From the NCBI GenBank assembly GCA_965242725.1, contig CBDESZ010000025.1, positions 352,001 to 416,000 of the forward strand: a DNA stretch of 64,000 bases, given 5' to 3'. The DNA is from Alkalispirochaeta sp. (lineage in GTDB: Bacteria > Spirochaetota > Spirochaetia > DSM-27196 > Alkalispirochaetaceae). Positions 1-10,576 of the stretch are shown here, piece after piece; positions within the stretch are counted from its first letter, which is position 1; every line of letters starts with the position of its first letter. The notes beneath the pieces are model-generated. The model worked only from the letters and a program-made list of their open reading frames with translations, was not told the origin of the DNA and did not search any database. The position numbers and the translations under genes are program-made.

Positions 1-579
1 CGGAGTGAGCACAGACTGCCCGGTGTCCTCTCCGTGGAGCAGGTGGAGCAGCTGCTCGCGGCGATAGATATCGGAAGCGCCGGGGGGCTGCGTGACCGGG
101 CGTTGTTTGAGCTCATCTATTCCGCAGGGCTGCGAATTTCCGAGGCGGTTGCCCTGGACGTCGGCAATCTGTATGTCCGGGAAGGACTGGTCCTCGTCAA
201 GGGAAAGGGCGACAAGGAGCGCCTCGTTCCGCTCGGTGAAGAGGCTATTACGTGGCTGAATCGATACCTCTCCGAGGGCCGGTCGCAGCTTATGAAAAAC
301 CAGACCGAGCGGGCGGTCTTCCTGAACAGGCGGGGTACGAGGCTCTCCCGCAAGGGTATGTGGAAACGGTTCCACGAGCTGACCCAGGCAGTGGGAATTT
401 CGGCAAAAGTACACACCCTCCGACACAGCTTTGCCACCCACCTCCTGGAAGGGGGAGCCGATCTTCGTGCCGTTCAGGAACTCCTCGGTCACGCCGACAT
501 CGGAACGACTCAGATCTATACCCATATCGATACGGAAGATCTACGGGAATACCACAATCGATACCATCCTCGTGGATAG
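1..579 (+). CDS. xerD: Tyrosine recombinase XerD (5' end outside the window)
   Basis: Frame open from base 1 (RSEHRLPGVLSVEQV...). Motifs [52 protein letters not shown]. XerD versus XerC is assigned by resemblance. Confidence 0.85.
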   Translation, partial: RSEHRLPGVLSVEQVEQLLAAIDIGSAGGLRDRALFELIYSAGLRISEAVALDVGNLYVREGLVLVKGKGDKERLVPLGEEAITWLNRYLSEGRSQLMKNQTERAVFLNRRGTRLSRKGMWKRFHELTQAVGISAKVHTLRHSFATHLLEGGADLRAVQELLGHADIGTTQIYTHIDTEDLREYHNRYHPRG

Positions 580-721
580 GAGGCGAGGGGATACTTGATG
601 ACCGATGGGAAGATACGACGGGAGACAGACACTTGGAAACTCGGAATGAAACGCTGTCGCCGCGTATTGGTGAAGCAAAAGCGTTCTTTGAACGGTCGGC
701 AATTGAACAAGGAAGCTCTTC

Positions 722-1459
722 ATGAGACTTGAAGCTCCTGAAAAAACGGGAAAACTCGTCGCCGTCATCACCGTGATTAGTCTCTTCCTTTTCATCGGCT
801 GTTCCCAGCGGGACGACCGGCGTCTCCAGTTTCTCGCCGAAACGGAGCCGACCGGGTACGACGAGGTCGGGGTCTCTTCGCAGCGCATGGATGAATTGCG
901 TGAAGACATTCGGCGTGCGGAAGGGGAGATAGAAGAGGCGGTACAAGCGTACGCCCGTTCGGCGAGTTTCCACAAGCTTCTCGCCTATGAATTGATACAG
1001 GCTGAGATGTACGGACCGGCACTTGAAGCATTGCGGCGGGCAATGGAACTTCAGCCCGCCAATGCGGTGGTCTACTACTATGTCGGTATTGCCTCCGCAC
1101 GGACTGCGCGAGCCCATATGCTTGACGGAGAAGAATCATCGTATCTTGCCGATGCAGAACGCCATTTCAGGGAGGCAATTCGCCTGCGTCCCGACTATAA
1201 GGACGCCTTGTTTGCCCTTGCCGTACTGCTTGCCTACGATCTCTCCCGTCCGGAGGATGCCCTCACCTATTCGCGTCGCTTGTCACAGATCGAGACGGGA
1301 GATCCTGCGGTGCGGTTTCTTCACGCCAACATTCTCGTTCGCAACGGGCAAATCGAAGAGGCGATCGACATATACGACTATCTTGCACAAAACGCACCTT
1401 CTCAGGAACAGCGCGCCCAGGCGCGGGACAACCGGAACGTATTGGAGGGGGGACGATGA
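722..1459 (+). CDS. TPR-repeat lipoprotein
   Basis: Hydrophobic N-terminus with lipobox LFIGC; TPR-like repeats (ALEALRRAMELQP, FREAIRLRPDY). Confidence 0.8.
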   Translation: MRLEAPEKTGKLVAVITVISLFLFIGCSQRDDRRLQFLAETEPTGYDEVGVSSQRMDELREDIRRAEGEIEEAVQAYARSASFHKLLAYELIQAEMYGPALEALRRAMELQPANAVVYYYVGIASARTARAHMLDGEESSYLADAERHFREAIRLRPDYKDALFALAVLLAYDLSRPEDALTYSRRLSQIETGDPAVRFLHANILVRNGQIEEAIDIYDYLAQNAPSQEQRAQARDNRNVLEGGR

Positions 1460-2601
1460 AGGATGAAGCGGTGACAGGGAATCCTTCAAGACCTCCCGAT
1501 CGTGATTCTCTCATCGATGCGGTGTGTGCACCTCAGCCACACGGGAACCGTCCCGACGACCTCGCGCTTCTGCTCGTCGGCAGGTGTTCCCGGCTCCGTG
1601 CGCTTGAGCGTACCCTCCTGCTCCATCGATATCCCACGGTCGATGAACTGCGCCGTTGCAGCCATTTCGATATCGAGACCGCCATAGGACGGACTTTGGG
1701 CAGGGGGCTGGACTTTGACGCGCTGCTGCCTGACGTGGAAAGGGACCTCCGATGGCTGAGAAAGGGCGCCGACCGTTTTCTCCGGTGGATCGGAGAGCGA
1801 AGATATCCGGACGGGTTGCGGCGGCTCTACGATCCTCCGGCCATTCTCTACGGATGGGGAGACCCGGCGACACTTGACCTTCCGACCGTTTCCGATCGCC
1901 GAATAGCCGTCGTAGGAACTCGCCAACCCGACGCGACCGGTCTTAAAGCCGCTTTTAACCTCGGCCGGGAGGCGGCGCGATGGGACATTCCCGTGGTCAG
2001 TGGATTGGCCCGCGGCATAGACGGGGCGGCCCACCGGGGCGTCGTCTCGCAACGGGGAAGGGCCGTCGTGGTCTTCGGATCGGGAATAGATACCGTCTAT
2101 CCCCGGGAACACCGCCCGCTGGCTGCGGACATTCTGAGAAACGGCGGCGTGTTGTTGAGTGAATATCCACCGGGAATGCCGCCCGCCAAATTCCGCTTTC
2201 CCGGACGGAACAGGATCATCGTGGGTTTGAGCGACGCCACCGTCGTCGTGCAGGCGCCGGAAGGATCGGGAGCGCTCATATCCGCCGATTTTGCCGCGGA
2301 TATTGGAGAAGAGGTGTGCGTCCACACCGCAGGAAGGGATTGGCGGGGTACCGCCGGTCTCATGGAAGGCGGCGCTCGAACGGTTGGATCCATCGCCGAG
2401 GTGTTGAGCCTTATCGGTGCTGAGTCTGAATACGAAGGAGGCGCCCGCGACAGGGTGGAGACCTCACGGTCGGACGCGGAATTTGACCATCCTGCCCTCG
2501 GTGCCTTTGGCTCGCCCTGCGGCGTGGAAGGACGGGACGACGGAAGGAGCGCGTTTCGGCGCATCTTTCATGAAGGGGGAGTTGTACATCAATGCAGGTA
2601 A
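1456..2601 (+). CDS. dprA: DNA-processing protein DprA (Smf)
   Basis: YPDGLRRLYDPP, IAVVGTR, VSGLARGIDGAAH, FPGRNRII, SGALISA motifs. Confidence 0.95.
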   Translation: MKDEAVTGNPSRPPDRDSLIDAVCAPQPHGNRPDDLALLLVGRCSRLRALERTLLLHRYPTVDELRRCSHFDIETAIGRTLGRGLDFDALLPDVERDLRWLRKGADRFLRWIGERRYPDGLRRLYDPPAILYGWGDPATLDLPTVSDRRIAVVGTRQPDATGLKAAFNLGREAARWDIPVVSGLARGIDGAAHRGVVSQRGRAVVVFGSGIDTVYPREHRPLAADILRNGGVLLSEYPPGMPPAKFRFPGRNRIIVGLSDATVVVQAPEGSGALISADFAADIGEEVCVHTAGRDWRGTAGLMEGGARTVGSIAEVLSLIGAESEYEGGARDRVETSRSDAEFDHPALGAFGSPCGVEGRDDGRSAFRRIFHEGGVVHQCR

Positions 2602-3524
2602 CGCAGATTGCCTCCGAAGTGGAACGGTACATTGCATATCTCGAGAGAGTACGCGGACTCGCGACGGCGAGCATTCAGGCGTATAAAAACGATTTACTCG
2701 CCTTTGTGCAGTACTGTGAAGAACAGGAAATCACGGCGTCGGCGGATGTACACGACGGTCTGCTCCGTCGGTGGGTACGTCTGCTCACGGAACAGGGACT
2801 CGCCGCGACGAGCGTGAACCGGCGTCTCTCCGCGTTAAAAGGGTTTTTCTCCTTCCTGGAGCAGGAGGGCATCACCCGCAAAAATCCGGCGGCGTCCATA
2901 AGAAGCGTCCGCACGCCGAAACGCCTGCCTGAAACGCTCTTTGAGCGGGAAATGGCCCAGCTCCTGGAGTTCCCGGCGGAGGATTTTGCGTCGTTGCGTA
3001 CGCGGTCCCTGTTGGAGCTGCTCTACTCAACGGGAGCGAGAATCAGCGAGTTGTGCAACGCCAATGTGGACGACCTTGTGTTTCGGAAACGGGCGCTCCT
3101 CGTCCATGGGAAGGGGAAAAAGGATCGCTATGTATTTCTCGGCAACAGCGCCTTTACCTATTTGAAGGAATACCTTCCATACCGGCATGAGTTTCTCACC
3201 CGCAGAGGACTGGCGGAACAGAAGGCTCTCCTCGTCAATCTGCGGGGCGGGAGACTGACCCCCCGGGGAGCCGCACTCATAATCGGCAAACGGGTTTCCG
3301 ATGCGGGGCTGGCAAAGTACCTTACACCCCACGGATTTCGCCATTCCTTTGCAACCCACTTGCTGAATCATGGCGCGGATATCAGAATCGTCCAGGAGAT
3401 GCTCGGTCACCGCTCCCTTTCAACGACGCAGGTGTACACCCACGTGGGAATGGAACGGCTGAAGCGCGTGTATGAGGACGCCCATCCCCATGCACGACGG
3501 AAGGAGAAATACAATGAAAAATGA
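2592..3524 (+). CDS. xerC: Tyrosine recombinase XerC
   Basis: N-terminal SAM-like domain; [40 protein letters not shown]-terminal AHPHA; upstream of hslVU. Confidence 0.85.
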   Translation: MQVTQIASEVERYIAYLERVRGLATASIQAYKNDLLAFVQYCEEQEITASADVHDGLLRRWVRLLTEQGLAATSVNRRLSALKGFFSFLEQEGITRKNPAASIRSVRTPKRLPETLFEREMAQLLEFPAEDFASLRTRSLLELLYSTGARISELCNANVDDLVFRKRALLVHGKGKKDRYVFLGNSAFTYLKEYLPYRHEFLTRRGLAEQKALLVNLRGGRLTPRGAALIIGKRVSDAGLAKYLTPHGFRHSFATHLLNHGADIRIVQEMLGHRSLSTTQVYTHVGMERLKRVYEDAHPHARRKEKYNEK

Positions 3525-4062
3525 CACACCGAAAGTGCGGAGCACGACAATCGTTGCCGTCAAGCGGGACGGCGCCGTCGCCATAGCGGGTGACGGCCAG
3601 GTTTCCATGGGAAACACCGTTATCAAGGGGAATGCCCGAAAAGTCCGCACCATGTACGATGGAAAGATTGCGGTAGGATTTGCCGGCGCCACAGCCGACG
3701 CCTTTACCCTGTTTGAACGATTTGAGGCGCGCATAAAGGAGTATGCCGGCGATCTGACGCGATCAGCCGTTGAACTGGCCAAGGAATGGCGGACCGATCG
3801 TATGCTGAGACGTCTGGAGGCGATGCTTATCGTTGCGGACCGGGAAAACATCCTGCTCATATCGGGCACCGGCGACGTTCTGGAACCCGAGTACGGGGTA
3901 ACGGCCATAGGCTCCGGCGGCAACTACGCCCTTGCCGCGGCCCGGGCCCTTATGGCCGCGACGGACCTTCCCGCCCGGGAGATCGCGGAACGTTCCCTTA
4001 TGATCGCCGGAGAAATATGCGTCTTCACCAACCACTCAATTACCGTCGAGGAGTTGTCATGA
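3514..4062 (+). CDS. hslV: ATP-dependent protease subunit HslV
   Basis: TTIVAV...[31 protein letters not shown] at 3501 supports ATG 3514. Confidence 0.96.
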   Translation: MKNDTPKVRSTTIVAVKRDGAVAIAGDGQVSMGNTVIKGNARKVRTMYDGKIAVGFAGATADAFTLFERFEARIKEYAGDLTRSAVELAKEWRTDRMLRRLEAMLIVADRENILLISGTGDVLEPEYGVTAIGSGGNYALAAARALMAATDLPAREIAERSLMIAGEICVFTNHSITVEELS

Positions 4063-5468
4063 AGTTGGAAGACTTGACCCCCGCACAGATCGTCCGTGAG
4101 CTGGATAAATTCATCATCGGTCAGACAAAGGCAAAAAAGGCGGTTGCAATTGCGTTGCGCAACAGGATGCGCCGGCAGAAGCTGCCTGAGGCGATGCAGG
4201 ACGAAATCGCTCCTAAAAACATAATTATGATAGGGCCGACCGGTGTAGGAAAAACCGAAATTGCCCGGCGTCTGGCGCGACTGACGGGGGCCCCTTTCGT
4301 GAAGGTTGAGGCAACCAAGTATACCGAAGTGGGATATGTGGGCAGAGACGTGGAATCAATGGTCCGCGACCTGATGGCAACGTCCATTCAGCTTGTAAAG
4401 GACGAACTGAAGGAAGAGGTTCGGGAAAAGGCGGAAGTTCAGACCGAAGAACTCCTCCTCGACGCACTGCTCCCGGGAATCGACGGAACGGCGGGAGACG
4501 CCGCTTCCGCCGACGGCGGGGAGGAGCGGGAAATCATTTCCGTTCCCCAGGGGGACGCCGGCCGGTCGGGAAGAGAGCGAAACCACGTATCCCAGCACAC
4601 CCGCGAACGATTTCGGACAATGCTGAGGGAGGGGAAGCTCGACGAAAAAGAGGTGGAGGTCTCGGTCAGCAAGCAGAACACCCCTGCCATCGAGATCTTC
4701 TCCGGCAATAACCTTGAAGAACTGGATCTGAACCTCGGTAATCTGGGCAATATTTTCGGCGGCAAACGCAAAAAACGACGCATGACGGTACGACAGGCCC
4801 GGGAGTACCTCATGCAGGAAGAAACGGAGAAGCTTGTCGATACGGAACGCGCCGCGGAACTCGCCCGGGACCGGATCGAGAATACGGGAATCATTTTCAT
4901 CGACGAAATTGACAAGATTGCGACCCGGGAAGGACACACAACCGGCGACGTCAGTCGTGAGGGAGTCCAGCGGGATATCCTTCCCATCGTCGAGGGGAGC
5001 CAGGTCAACACGAAGTACGGCATCGTCGATACCTCCCACATCCTCTTCATCGCCGCCGGGGCGTTCCATATGAGTAAGCCCAGTGACTTGATACCGGAAT
5101 TGCAGGGGCGATTTCCCCTGCGGGTGGAGCTTGAAGCGCTCGGAGAGGACGATTTTTACCGGATTCTCACGCAGCCGGAAAACGCCCTTATCAAACAGTA
5201 CTCGGCGCTCCTGGAAACGGAAGGGGTCAATCTGGAGTTTGACGACGAGGCGATACGCGAGCTCTCACGTATCGCGGCGGATGTGAACAGCCGGACCGAG
5301 AACATCGGTGCCCGGCGGCTGCACACGATCATGGAGCTGCTTCTGGAAGACGTTTCCTTTAACGCTCCCGATCTGTCGGGGCAGCGCATACCCATTACCC
5401 GGGACTACGTGAATGAACGGCTGCAGGACGTTGTGGAGGATCAGGACTTGACGCGCTACATCCTCTAA
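4059..5468 (+). CDS. hslU: ATP-dependent protease ATPase subunit HslU
   Basis: [33 protein letters not shown]-terminal RYIL; ATGA overlap with hslV. Confidence 0.97.
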   Translation: MKLEDLTPAQIVRELDKFIIGQTKAKKAVAIALRNRMRRQKLPEAMQDEIAPKNIIMIGPTGVGKTEIARRLARLTGAPFVKVEATKYTEVGYVGRDVESMVRDLMATSIQLVKDELKEEVREKAEVQTEELLLDALLPGIDGTAGDAASADGGEEREIISVPQGDAGRSGRERNHVSQHTRERFRTMLREGKLDEKEVEVSVSKQNTPAIEIFSGNNLEELDLNLGNLGNIFGGKRKKRRMTVRQAREYLMQEETEKLVDTERAAELARDRIENTGIIFIDEIDKIATREGHTTGDVSREGVQRDILPIVEGSQVNTKYGIVDTSHILFIAAGAFHMSKPSDLIPELQGRFPLRVELEALGEDDFYRILTQPENALIKQYSALLETEGVNLEFDDEAIRELSRIAADVNSRTENIGARRLHTIMELLLEDVSFNAPDLSGQRIPITRDYVNERLQDVVEDQDLTRYIL

Positions 5469-5492
5469 AGGATGGGGCGTGCATACCGATCA
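5466..5492 (+). promoter_or_regulatory. Putative sigma28 (FliA) promoter upstream of flgB
   Basis: TAAA(5466-69)-N15-ACCGATCA(5485-92), close to consensus TAAA-N15-GCCGATAA; followed by SD GGAGG; fliA lies in the same cluster. Confidence 0.75.
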
Positions 5493-5514
5493 TCAAAGGG
5501 TGGAGGAAGAGTGA

Positions 5515-5934
5515 ATGTTTGAGAATACCGGTTTTGGACGACAGATCGGCATCTTGCATCGTACGATGGATGCGAGTCTGCTGCGCCAGAACGTGATCGC
5601 CGACAACATCGCCAACGGAAATACCCCGAACTTCAAGCGGAGCGACGTCAACTTCGAGTCCCGGCTCGCATACGCCCTCCGGAGCGAGGGACAGCGGGAC
5701 CGTTTTTCAGCGGCCCTGACCGACGAGCGGCATATCTCCTTTGAAAAGCGTCTCGACTATCGCGATGTACGACCGCGACGGGTCCTCGACTTCACCACGA
5801 CGGCAAAAAACAACGGGAATAACGTGGACATCGATGTTGAATCGATGAATTTGCTGAACAATCAGTTGGCGTATCAAATGATGACGCGGTCGGTGGCCGA
5901 CGCGTTTTCACGGATCAACCTGGTGTTGCAGTAG
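5515..5934 (+). CDS. flgB: Flagellar basal-body rod protein FlgB
   Basis: IADNIANGNTPNFK, NGNNVDID. Confidence 0.95.
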   Translation: MFENTGFGRQIGILHRTMDASLLRQNVIADNIANGNTPNFKRSDVNFESRLAYALRSEGQRDRFSAALTDERHISFEKRLDYRDVRPRRVLDFTTTAKNNGNNVDIDVESMNLLNNQLAYQMMTRSVADAFSRINLVLQ

Positions 5935-5952
5935 GAATAGGGGAGTAACGGA

Positions 5953-6411
5953 ATGGGTATGTTTTCAAGCATCAATACGGCGGCAAGCGGACTGACGGCG
6001 CAACGATTGCGACAGGACGTTATTGCAGATAACATCGCAAACGCCAACACCACCCGCACCACCGAGGGTGGGCCCTTTCGGCGCAGCCGCGTTATTCTGC
6101 GGCCCCGCACGGACGGGCCGGAATGGCGCACGCCCTTTCTGCCGGGACGACTCGACAACGGCGTCGGCAAGGGAGTCCGGGTCACCGAGGTGGAAAAGGA
6201 TCTGGACAGTGAACTCCGCCTCGTCTACGATCCCACCCATCCCGATGCAATCCAGAGTGGTCCCCGGGCGGGCTATGTGGAATATCCCAATGTCAACGTG
6301 GTCACTGAAATGGTTGACCTCATTGATGCGTCCCGGGCGTATGAGGCGAATGTGGCGGTAGTTAACGGTGCCAAGACGATGTTTCAGCGGGCGCTGGAAA
6401 TAGGAAGGTAG
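5953..6411 (+). CDS. flgC: Flagellar basal-body rod protein FlgC
   Basis: NIANANTTRT, YDPTHPDA, PNVNVVTEMVDLIDASRAYEAN. Confidence 0.97.
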   Translation: MGMFSSINTAASGLTAQRLRQDVIADNIANANTTRTTEGGPFRRSRVILRPRTDGPEWRTPFLPGRLDNGVGKGVRVTEVEKDLDSELRLVYDPTHPDAIQSGPRAGYVEYPNVNVVTEMVDLIDASRAYEANVAVVNGAKTMFQRALEIGR

Positions 6412-6414
6412 TAG

Positions 6415-6744
6415 ATGAACGTTTTTGAACCGATCGGATCGGCGGCAGATCGAATGGCTCTCGCACGGACCCATCAGGCCCATGTACCGGGCGGACGGGA
6501 AGCGATCGGCGACCAGCCGGTGGATACCGCCTTTCGGGATGCCCTTCTGGGAAGCCTCAACGCCGTCAATGACCAGCAGATCGCCCATGAGCAGCTTTCG
6601 GTGCAGGCAATCGTGGATCCCGAATCGGTGGAGCCTCACGATTTGACCATTGCCGCCGCAAAGGCGACAACCGCGCTCAGTATCACCAGGAACGTTGTCG
6701 ACCGAGTGATTCAGGCGTATCGGGATATTACGAACTTGAGATAG
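6415..6744 (+). CDS. fliE: Flagellar hook-basal body protein FliE
   Basis: Size and position after flgC; C-terminal VDRVIQAYRDI. Confidence 0.9.
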   Translation: MNVFEPIGSAADRMALARTHQAHVPGGREAIGDQPVDTAFRDALLGSLNAVNDQQIAHEQLSVQAIVDPESVEPHDLTIAAAKATTALSITRNVVDRVIQAYRDITNLR

Positions 6745-6842
6745 AAAGATCCGGGTCGTGTACCGGTCGGCAGCGGCACACGACGGATGAGACGCGACAG
6801 ACGCCGCGTAATGCGTCGCTTTGAACCTTGGGGGAGGGGAAC

Positions 6843-8549
6843 ATGAACGAATCGTTACAACGCCTCATAGAGCGGGTAAAAACGATGTGGGGGCAGTGGA
6901 AGCTGCCGCAGAAACTCGTATTCTTTGCAATCATCGGCGTCACCATTCTCGGTGTCGTGATGCTCATGGTATTCAGCGCTTCTCCTTCTCAGGTGGCGCT
7001 CCTGAGCCAGCCGATAAACGATCCGCAACAGCTGATGGACATTACCGTCCGCCTCGACCAGGAAGGCGTGCCGTACACGGTTACCTCTGAAAATGTAATC
7101 ATGGTCCCCGACAGCGGCACCGCACAACGGATGCGGGCAATCCTTACCCGGGAGGACCTCATACCCTCTGGTACCGATCCGTGGGAACTCTTTGACGTGG
7201 AGCGATGGACGCTGACAGATTTTGAACGTAACGTGAATCTCCGGCGCAGCATCACCCGCCAACTGGAACAGCACATCACCGCGCTGGACGATATTGACGC
7301 CGCCAGCGTTACCATCGTCATTCCCGAGGAGACGCTCTTCGCGGAGCAGCAGAATCCCGTCACCGCTTCGGTCATCATCACCCCCAAACCCCGCAGCGAC
7401 ATCCGGGAAAACCGCTCCAAGATTGAAGGTATCGAAAAGCTCATCCAGTTTGCCGTCGAGGGCCTGACCCAGGAAAACATCACCATCACCGATCCGTCGG
7501 GCGTCACCCTGAACGATTTTCAGGACCTCCAGGAGTTTGACCGCCTTGAACTGACGCGGCGGGAGCTGGAGATCATTCGCGACCAGGAGCGGAAATACTC
7601 CGAGGCCATCGTTTCAGCCCTGTCTGAAATATACGGTCGGGATCGGGTGGAAGTGGTGAACATCAATGTCGATATGGATATGGGCAAACGGACGGAGGAA
7701 ACGGAAGAGTTCTTTCCAATCACCACCGTTGAAGACAACCCCCGCACGCCCTTTGACGAGACCGAATACGTGCTCTCCATACCCCGGTCCATCGAGCGTA
7801 TCGATGAGAGCTATGAAGGGACCGGTTTCAACCCCGAAGGCCCTCCGGGCATGGAAGGACAGACGCCTCCGGCCTACCAGGATCTTGAAGGTCTTGTGGG
7901 GCGGTGGAACAATGACGAAGAGCGCATTAACAACGAGGTGAACTCCCGCCGCATTACCGAAGAAAAAAGCCCCACCATTCAGCGAATCACCGCCAGTGTC
8001 GCCATAGACGGTGTCTGGCGCTGGTCATATACTGACCGCGGTGAGGTGGAAATCGGTTCCGATGGATCAATCGTCAGAGAGTATACCCCGGTGGCGCCGG
8101 ACGAGATCGCGGCCGCCAGGGAGCTGGTGGAACACGCTATCGGATTCAACCAGGACCGGGGCGACGCGGTAAGCGTCAGGCACATCCAGTTTGACCGTTC
8201 CGCACAATTCCGGGAGGAGGACGAGCAGTTCCGGCGACAGCGTCAACTCCAGATGATCATTCTGTATGTTCTGATCGGAATTGCGGTACTGCTCATTTCA
8301 TTCATCGTATTCCGCCTCATTTCCCGGGAGATCGAACGGCGGCGGCGCCTCCATGAAGAGGAGCTGGCCCGTCAGCATCAGGCGATGCGGGAAGCGGCGC
8401 TGCGGAGCGCCGAGGAAGAGAGTGCCGAGGTTGAAATGTCCGTTGAGGAACGGGCACGCATGGAGCTTGAAGAGATGGCGATCAATGCGGCCCGTGAGCA
8501 TCCGGAGGATGTGGCTCAACTCATCCGGACGTGGCTGGCGGAGGAGTAG
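6843..8549 (+). CDS. fliF: Flagellar MS-ring protein FliF
   Basis: Two TM segments, AASVTIVIP and TASVII motifs, C-terminal PEDVAQLIRTWL; SD GGGGAGG. Confidence 0.96.
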   Translation: MNESLQRLIERVKTMWGQWKLPQKLVFFAIIGVTILGVVMLMVFSASPSQVALLSQPINDPQQLMDITVRLDQEGVPYTVTSENVIMVPDSGTAQRMRAILTREDLIPSGTDPWELFDVERWTLTDFERNVNLRRSITRQLEQHITALDDIDAASVTIVIPEETLFAEQQNPVTASVIITPKPRSDIRENRSKIEGIEKLIQFAVEGLTQENITITDPSGVTLNDFQDLQEFDRLELTRRELEIIRDQERKYSEAIVSALSEIYGRDRVEVVNINVDMDMGKRTEETEEFFPITTVEDNPRTPFDETEYVLSIPRSIERIDESYEGTGFNPEGPPGMEGQTPPAYQDLEGLVGRWNNDEERINNEVNSRRITEEKSPTIQRITASVAIDGVWRWSYTDRGEVEIGSDGSIVREYTPVAPDEIAAARELVEHAIGFNQDRGDAVSVRHIQFDRSAQFREEDEQFRRQRQLQMIILYVLIGIAVLLISFIVFRLISREIERRRRLHEEELARQHQAMREAALRSAEEESAEVEMSVEERARMELEEMAINAAREHPEDVAQLIRTWLAEE

Positions 8550-8552
8550 CGT

Positions 8553-9599
8553 ATGGCCAAACAGACGGAACAATCGATGGGCGGCGGAAAGCGCCACAAG
8601 GCCCAGCTTACGGGGCGTCAGAAGGCGGCGGTCTTTCTGGTAACTCTCGGCAGCGAAATTTCGAGCGAAATCTTTAAACACCTCCGGGAAGACGAAATCG
8701 AGGCGCTTACCTTTGAAATTGCCAGAATGGAAAACTTCGGCAATGAGGAGAAGGAATCGGTTCTCCAGGAGTTCCAGGAACTGATGATGGCCCAGGACTT
8801 CATCAATTCCGGAGGCATCGACTACGCCCGGGAGTTGCTTGAAAAGAGTCTCGGGTCGCAAAAGGCGGTGGACATCATAAACCGCCTTACCACGAGTCTG
8901 CAGGTACGGCCCTTTGATTTCATACGCCGTACCGATCCGACTCATCTGCTGAACTTCATCCAGCAGGAGCATCCTCAGACGATCGCCCTCATCCTTGCCT
9001 ACCTGGAACCGCAGAAGGCGAGTGTCATTCTGGGGAGTCTTCCCCAGGATATTCAGTCGGATGTGGCAAAACGAATCGCTACGATGGATCGGACCTCTCC
9101 GGAAACGCTCCGGGAGGTCGAACGTGTACTTGAGAAGAAACTTGCCTCAATATCCAGTGAGGATTACTCCGTCGCCGGCGGTGTCGAGAGTATCGTCGAG
9201 ATCCTGAACCTTGTGGATCGCTCGACGGAAAAGGGAATCATCGAAAGTCTGGAAGAGGAAGATCCGGAACTGGCGGAAGAGATCAAGAAACGCATGTTTG
9301 TCTTTGAGGACATCGTCATGCTCGACGATCGGGCGATTCAGAAGGTCTTGCGGGAGGTCGACACGGCGGAGCTGGCCAAGGCGCTCAAGTCCGTCGATAC
9401 GGAGGTCCAGGACAAGATATTCCGCAACATGTCCAAGCGTGCCGCGGCGCTGCTGAAGGACGACATGGAATACATGGGCCCGATTCGTATGAAGGACGTC
9501 GAAGAGAGTCAGCAGAAGATCGTCTCCATTATTCGAAAACTCGAAGAATCGGGGGATATCGTCGTCGCCCGCGCCGGAGAAGACGAACTCGTCGTCTGA
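8553..9599 (+). CDS. fliG: Flagellar motor switch protein FliG
   Basis: QKAAVFL, GGIDYAR, EHPQTIALIL, MFVFEDI. Confidence 0.98.
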   Translation: MAKQTEQSMGGGKRHKAQLTGRQKAAVFLVTLGSEISSEIFKHLREDEIEALTFEIARMENFGNEEKESVLQEFQELMMAQDFINSGGIDYARELLEKSLGSQKAVDIINRLTTSLQVRPFDFIRRTDPTHLLNFIQQEHPQTIALILAYLEPQKASVILGSLPQDIQSDVAKRIATMDRTSPETLREVERVLEKKLASISSEDYSVAGGVESIVEILNLVDRSTEKGIIESLEEEDPELAEEIKKRMFVFEDIVMLDDRAIQKVLREVDTAELAKALKSVDTEVQDKIFRNMSKRAAALLKDDMEYMGPIRMKDVEESQQKIVSIIRKLEESGDIVVARAGEDELVV

Positions 9600-9611
9600 G
9601 TGGAGTAAGGT

Positions 9612-10568
9612 ATGTCGAAAAACGTTTTTCGTTCCGGAGAGGTCCAATACAAGCGACACAAGGTATTTCTCAAGCCGCCTGAACCGGCAGGTTCCCGAAG
9701 AGGCGCGGTGCAACCCCTGAAGGAGGTGGAGCCGATCCCGAAGGCGGAGGAGTACACCGGGCCGACGGCGGAGCAGTTGCGGAAGGAAGCGGAACACTTC
9801 AAGGAACAATGGGAGACGGAAAAGCAGGAAATGATCGACGCCGCCCGGGCCGAGGCGGAAAAGATCGTTCAGGAAGCGGAGGAAGAGGCGTTCCGGCAGA
9901 TACGGGAAAAGACTGAACAGGCCAATCAGACCAAGAAGGACGCCGAGGAGGAAGCGGAACGTACCGCCGCGGCGGCGCAACAGGAGCATAACCGGACCAT
10001 CGCCGACGCCCAGGAGGAAGCCCGGAAAATCGTCGAGGAAGCGCGCAAACGCGGATATGAAGAAGGTCGGGAAGAGGGAATCGAGGCGGGCAAGGAGGAA
10101 CTCCGGCGCGTCATAGAACGATTTCACGTCATTCTCTCCAAGGCGATTGAGCGGAGAAACGAGATCATCGCGGAAAGCGAAGGCCAGGTCATCAGCCTCG
10201 TTCTGAGTATCGCCAAGAAGGTGATCAAGGTTATCAGCGAGAACCAGAAAAATGTGGTCATCAACAATATCGTCCAGTCTCTCAAACGCCTGCAGCAGAA
10301 GAGCGACGTCATTGTCCGGGTGAATCTGGCCGACATAGAAATTGCGACCCGCCATAAGGCGGACATCCTCAAGACCGCCGAACGGGTTGAAAATATAACC
10401 ATCGCCGAGGATTCGACCGTAGATCCCGGAGGATGCATCATTGAGACGGACTTCGGCGAGATCGACGCCCGCATCTCCTCCCAGTTGAGAGAAATAGAGG
10501 ATCGGATACTGGAAATAACGCCGATTACGGCGCGAACCAAGAGTGGTGCGTCGTCAACGAGCGGGTAG
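9612..10568 (+). CDS. fliH: Flagellar assembly protein FliH
   Basis: AxxxA/GxxxG repeats; GGCIIETDFGEIDARI. Confidence 0.95.
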   Translation: MSKNVFRSGEVQYKRHKVFLKPPEPAGSRRGAVQPLKEVEPIPKAEEYTGPTAEQLRKEAEHFKEQWETEKQEMIDAARAEAEKIVQEAEEEAFRQIREKTEQANQTKKDAEEEAERTAAAAQQEHNRTIADAQEEARKIVEEARKRGYEEGREEGIEAGKEELRRVIERFHVILSKAIERRNEIIAESEGQVISLVLSIAKKVIKVISENQKNVVINNIVQSLKRLQQKSDVIVRVNLADIEIATRHKADILKTAERVENITIAEDSTVDPGGCIIETDFGEIDARISSQLREIEDRILEITPITARTKSGASSTSG

Positions 10569-10576
10569 GAGGCACC

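Noticed and set aside
580..721. 44-codon ORF from ATG 598 between xerD and the TPR gene
   Set aside because: No recognisable motif, and it overlaps the TPR start out of frame; cannot be supported.
1..3524. Two tyrosine recombinases as a sign of an integrative element
   Set aside because: Both look like chromosomal XerC/XerD in a housekeeping context; no att repeats, phage or conjugation genes were seen.
6745..6842. c-di-GMP riboswitch before fliF
   Set aside because: The GEMM signature (GGCAAA...GAAA...GACGCAAA) is not present.
9147..10355. Long antisense ORFs (also 24468-25658, 33523-34623, 47173-48294, 49187-50434)
   Set aside because: Shadow frames of well-supported genes in GC-rich DNA; no motifs.
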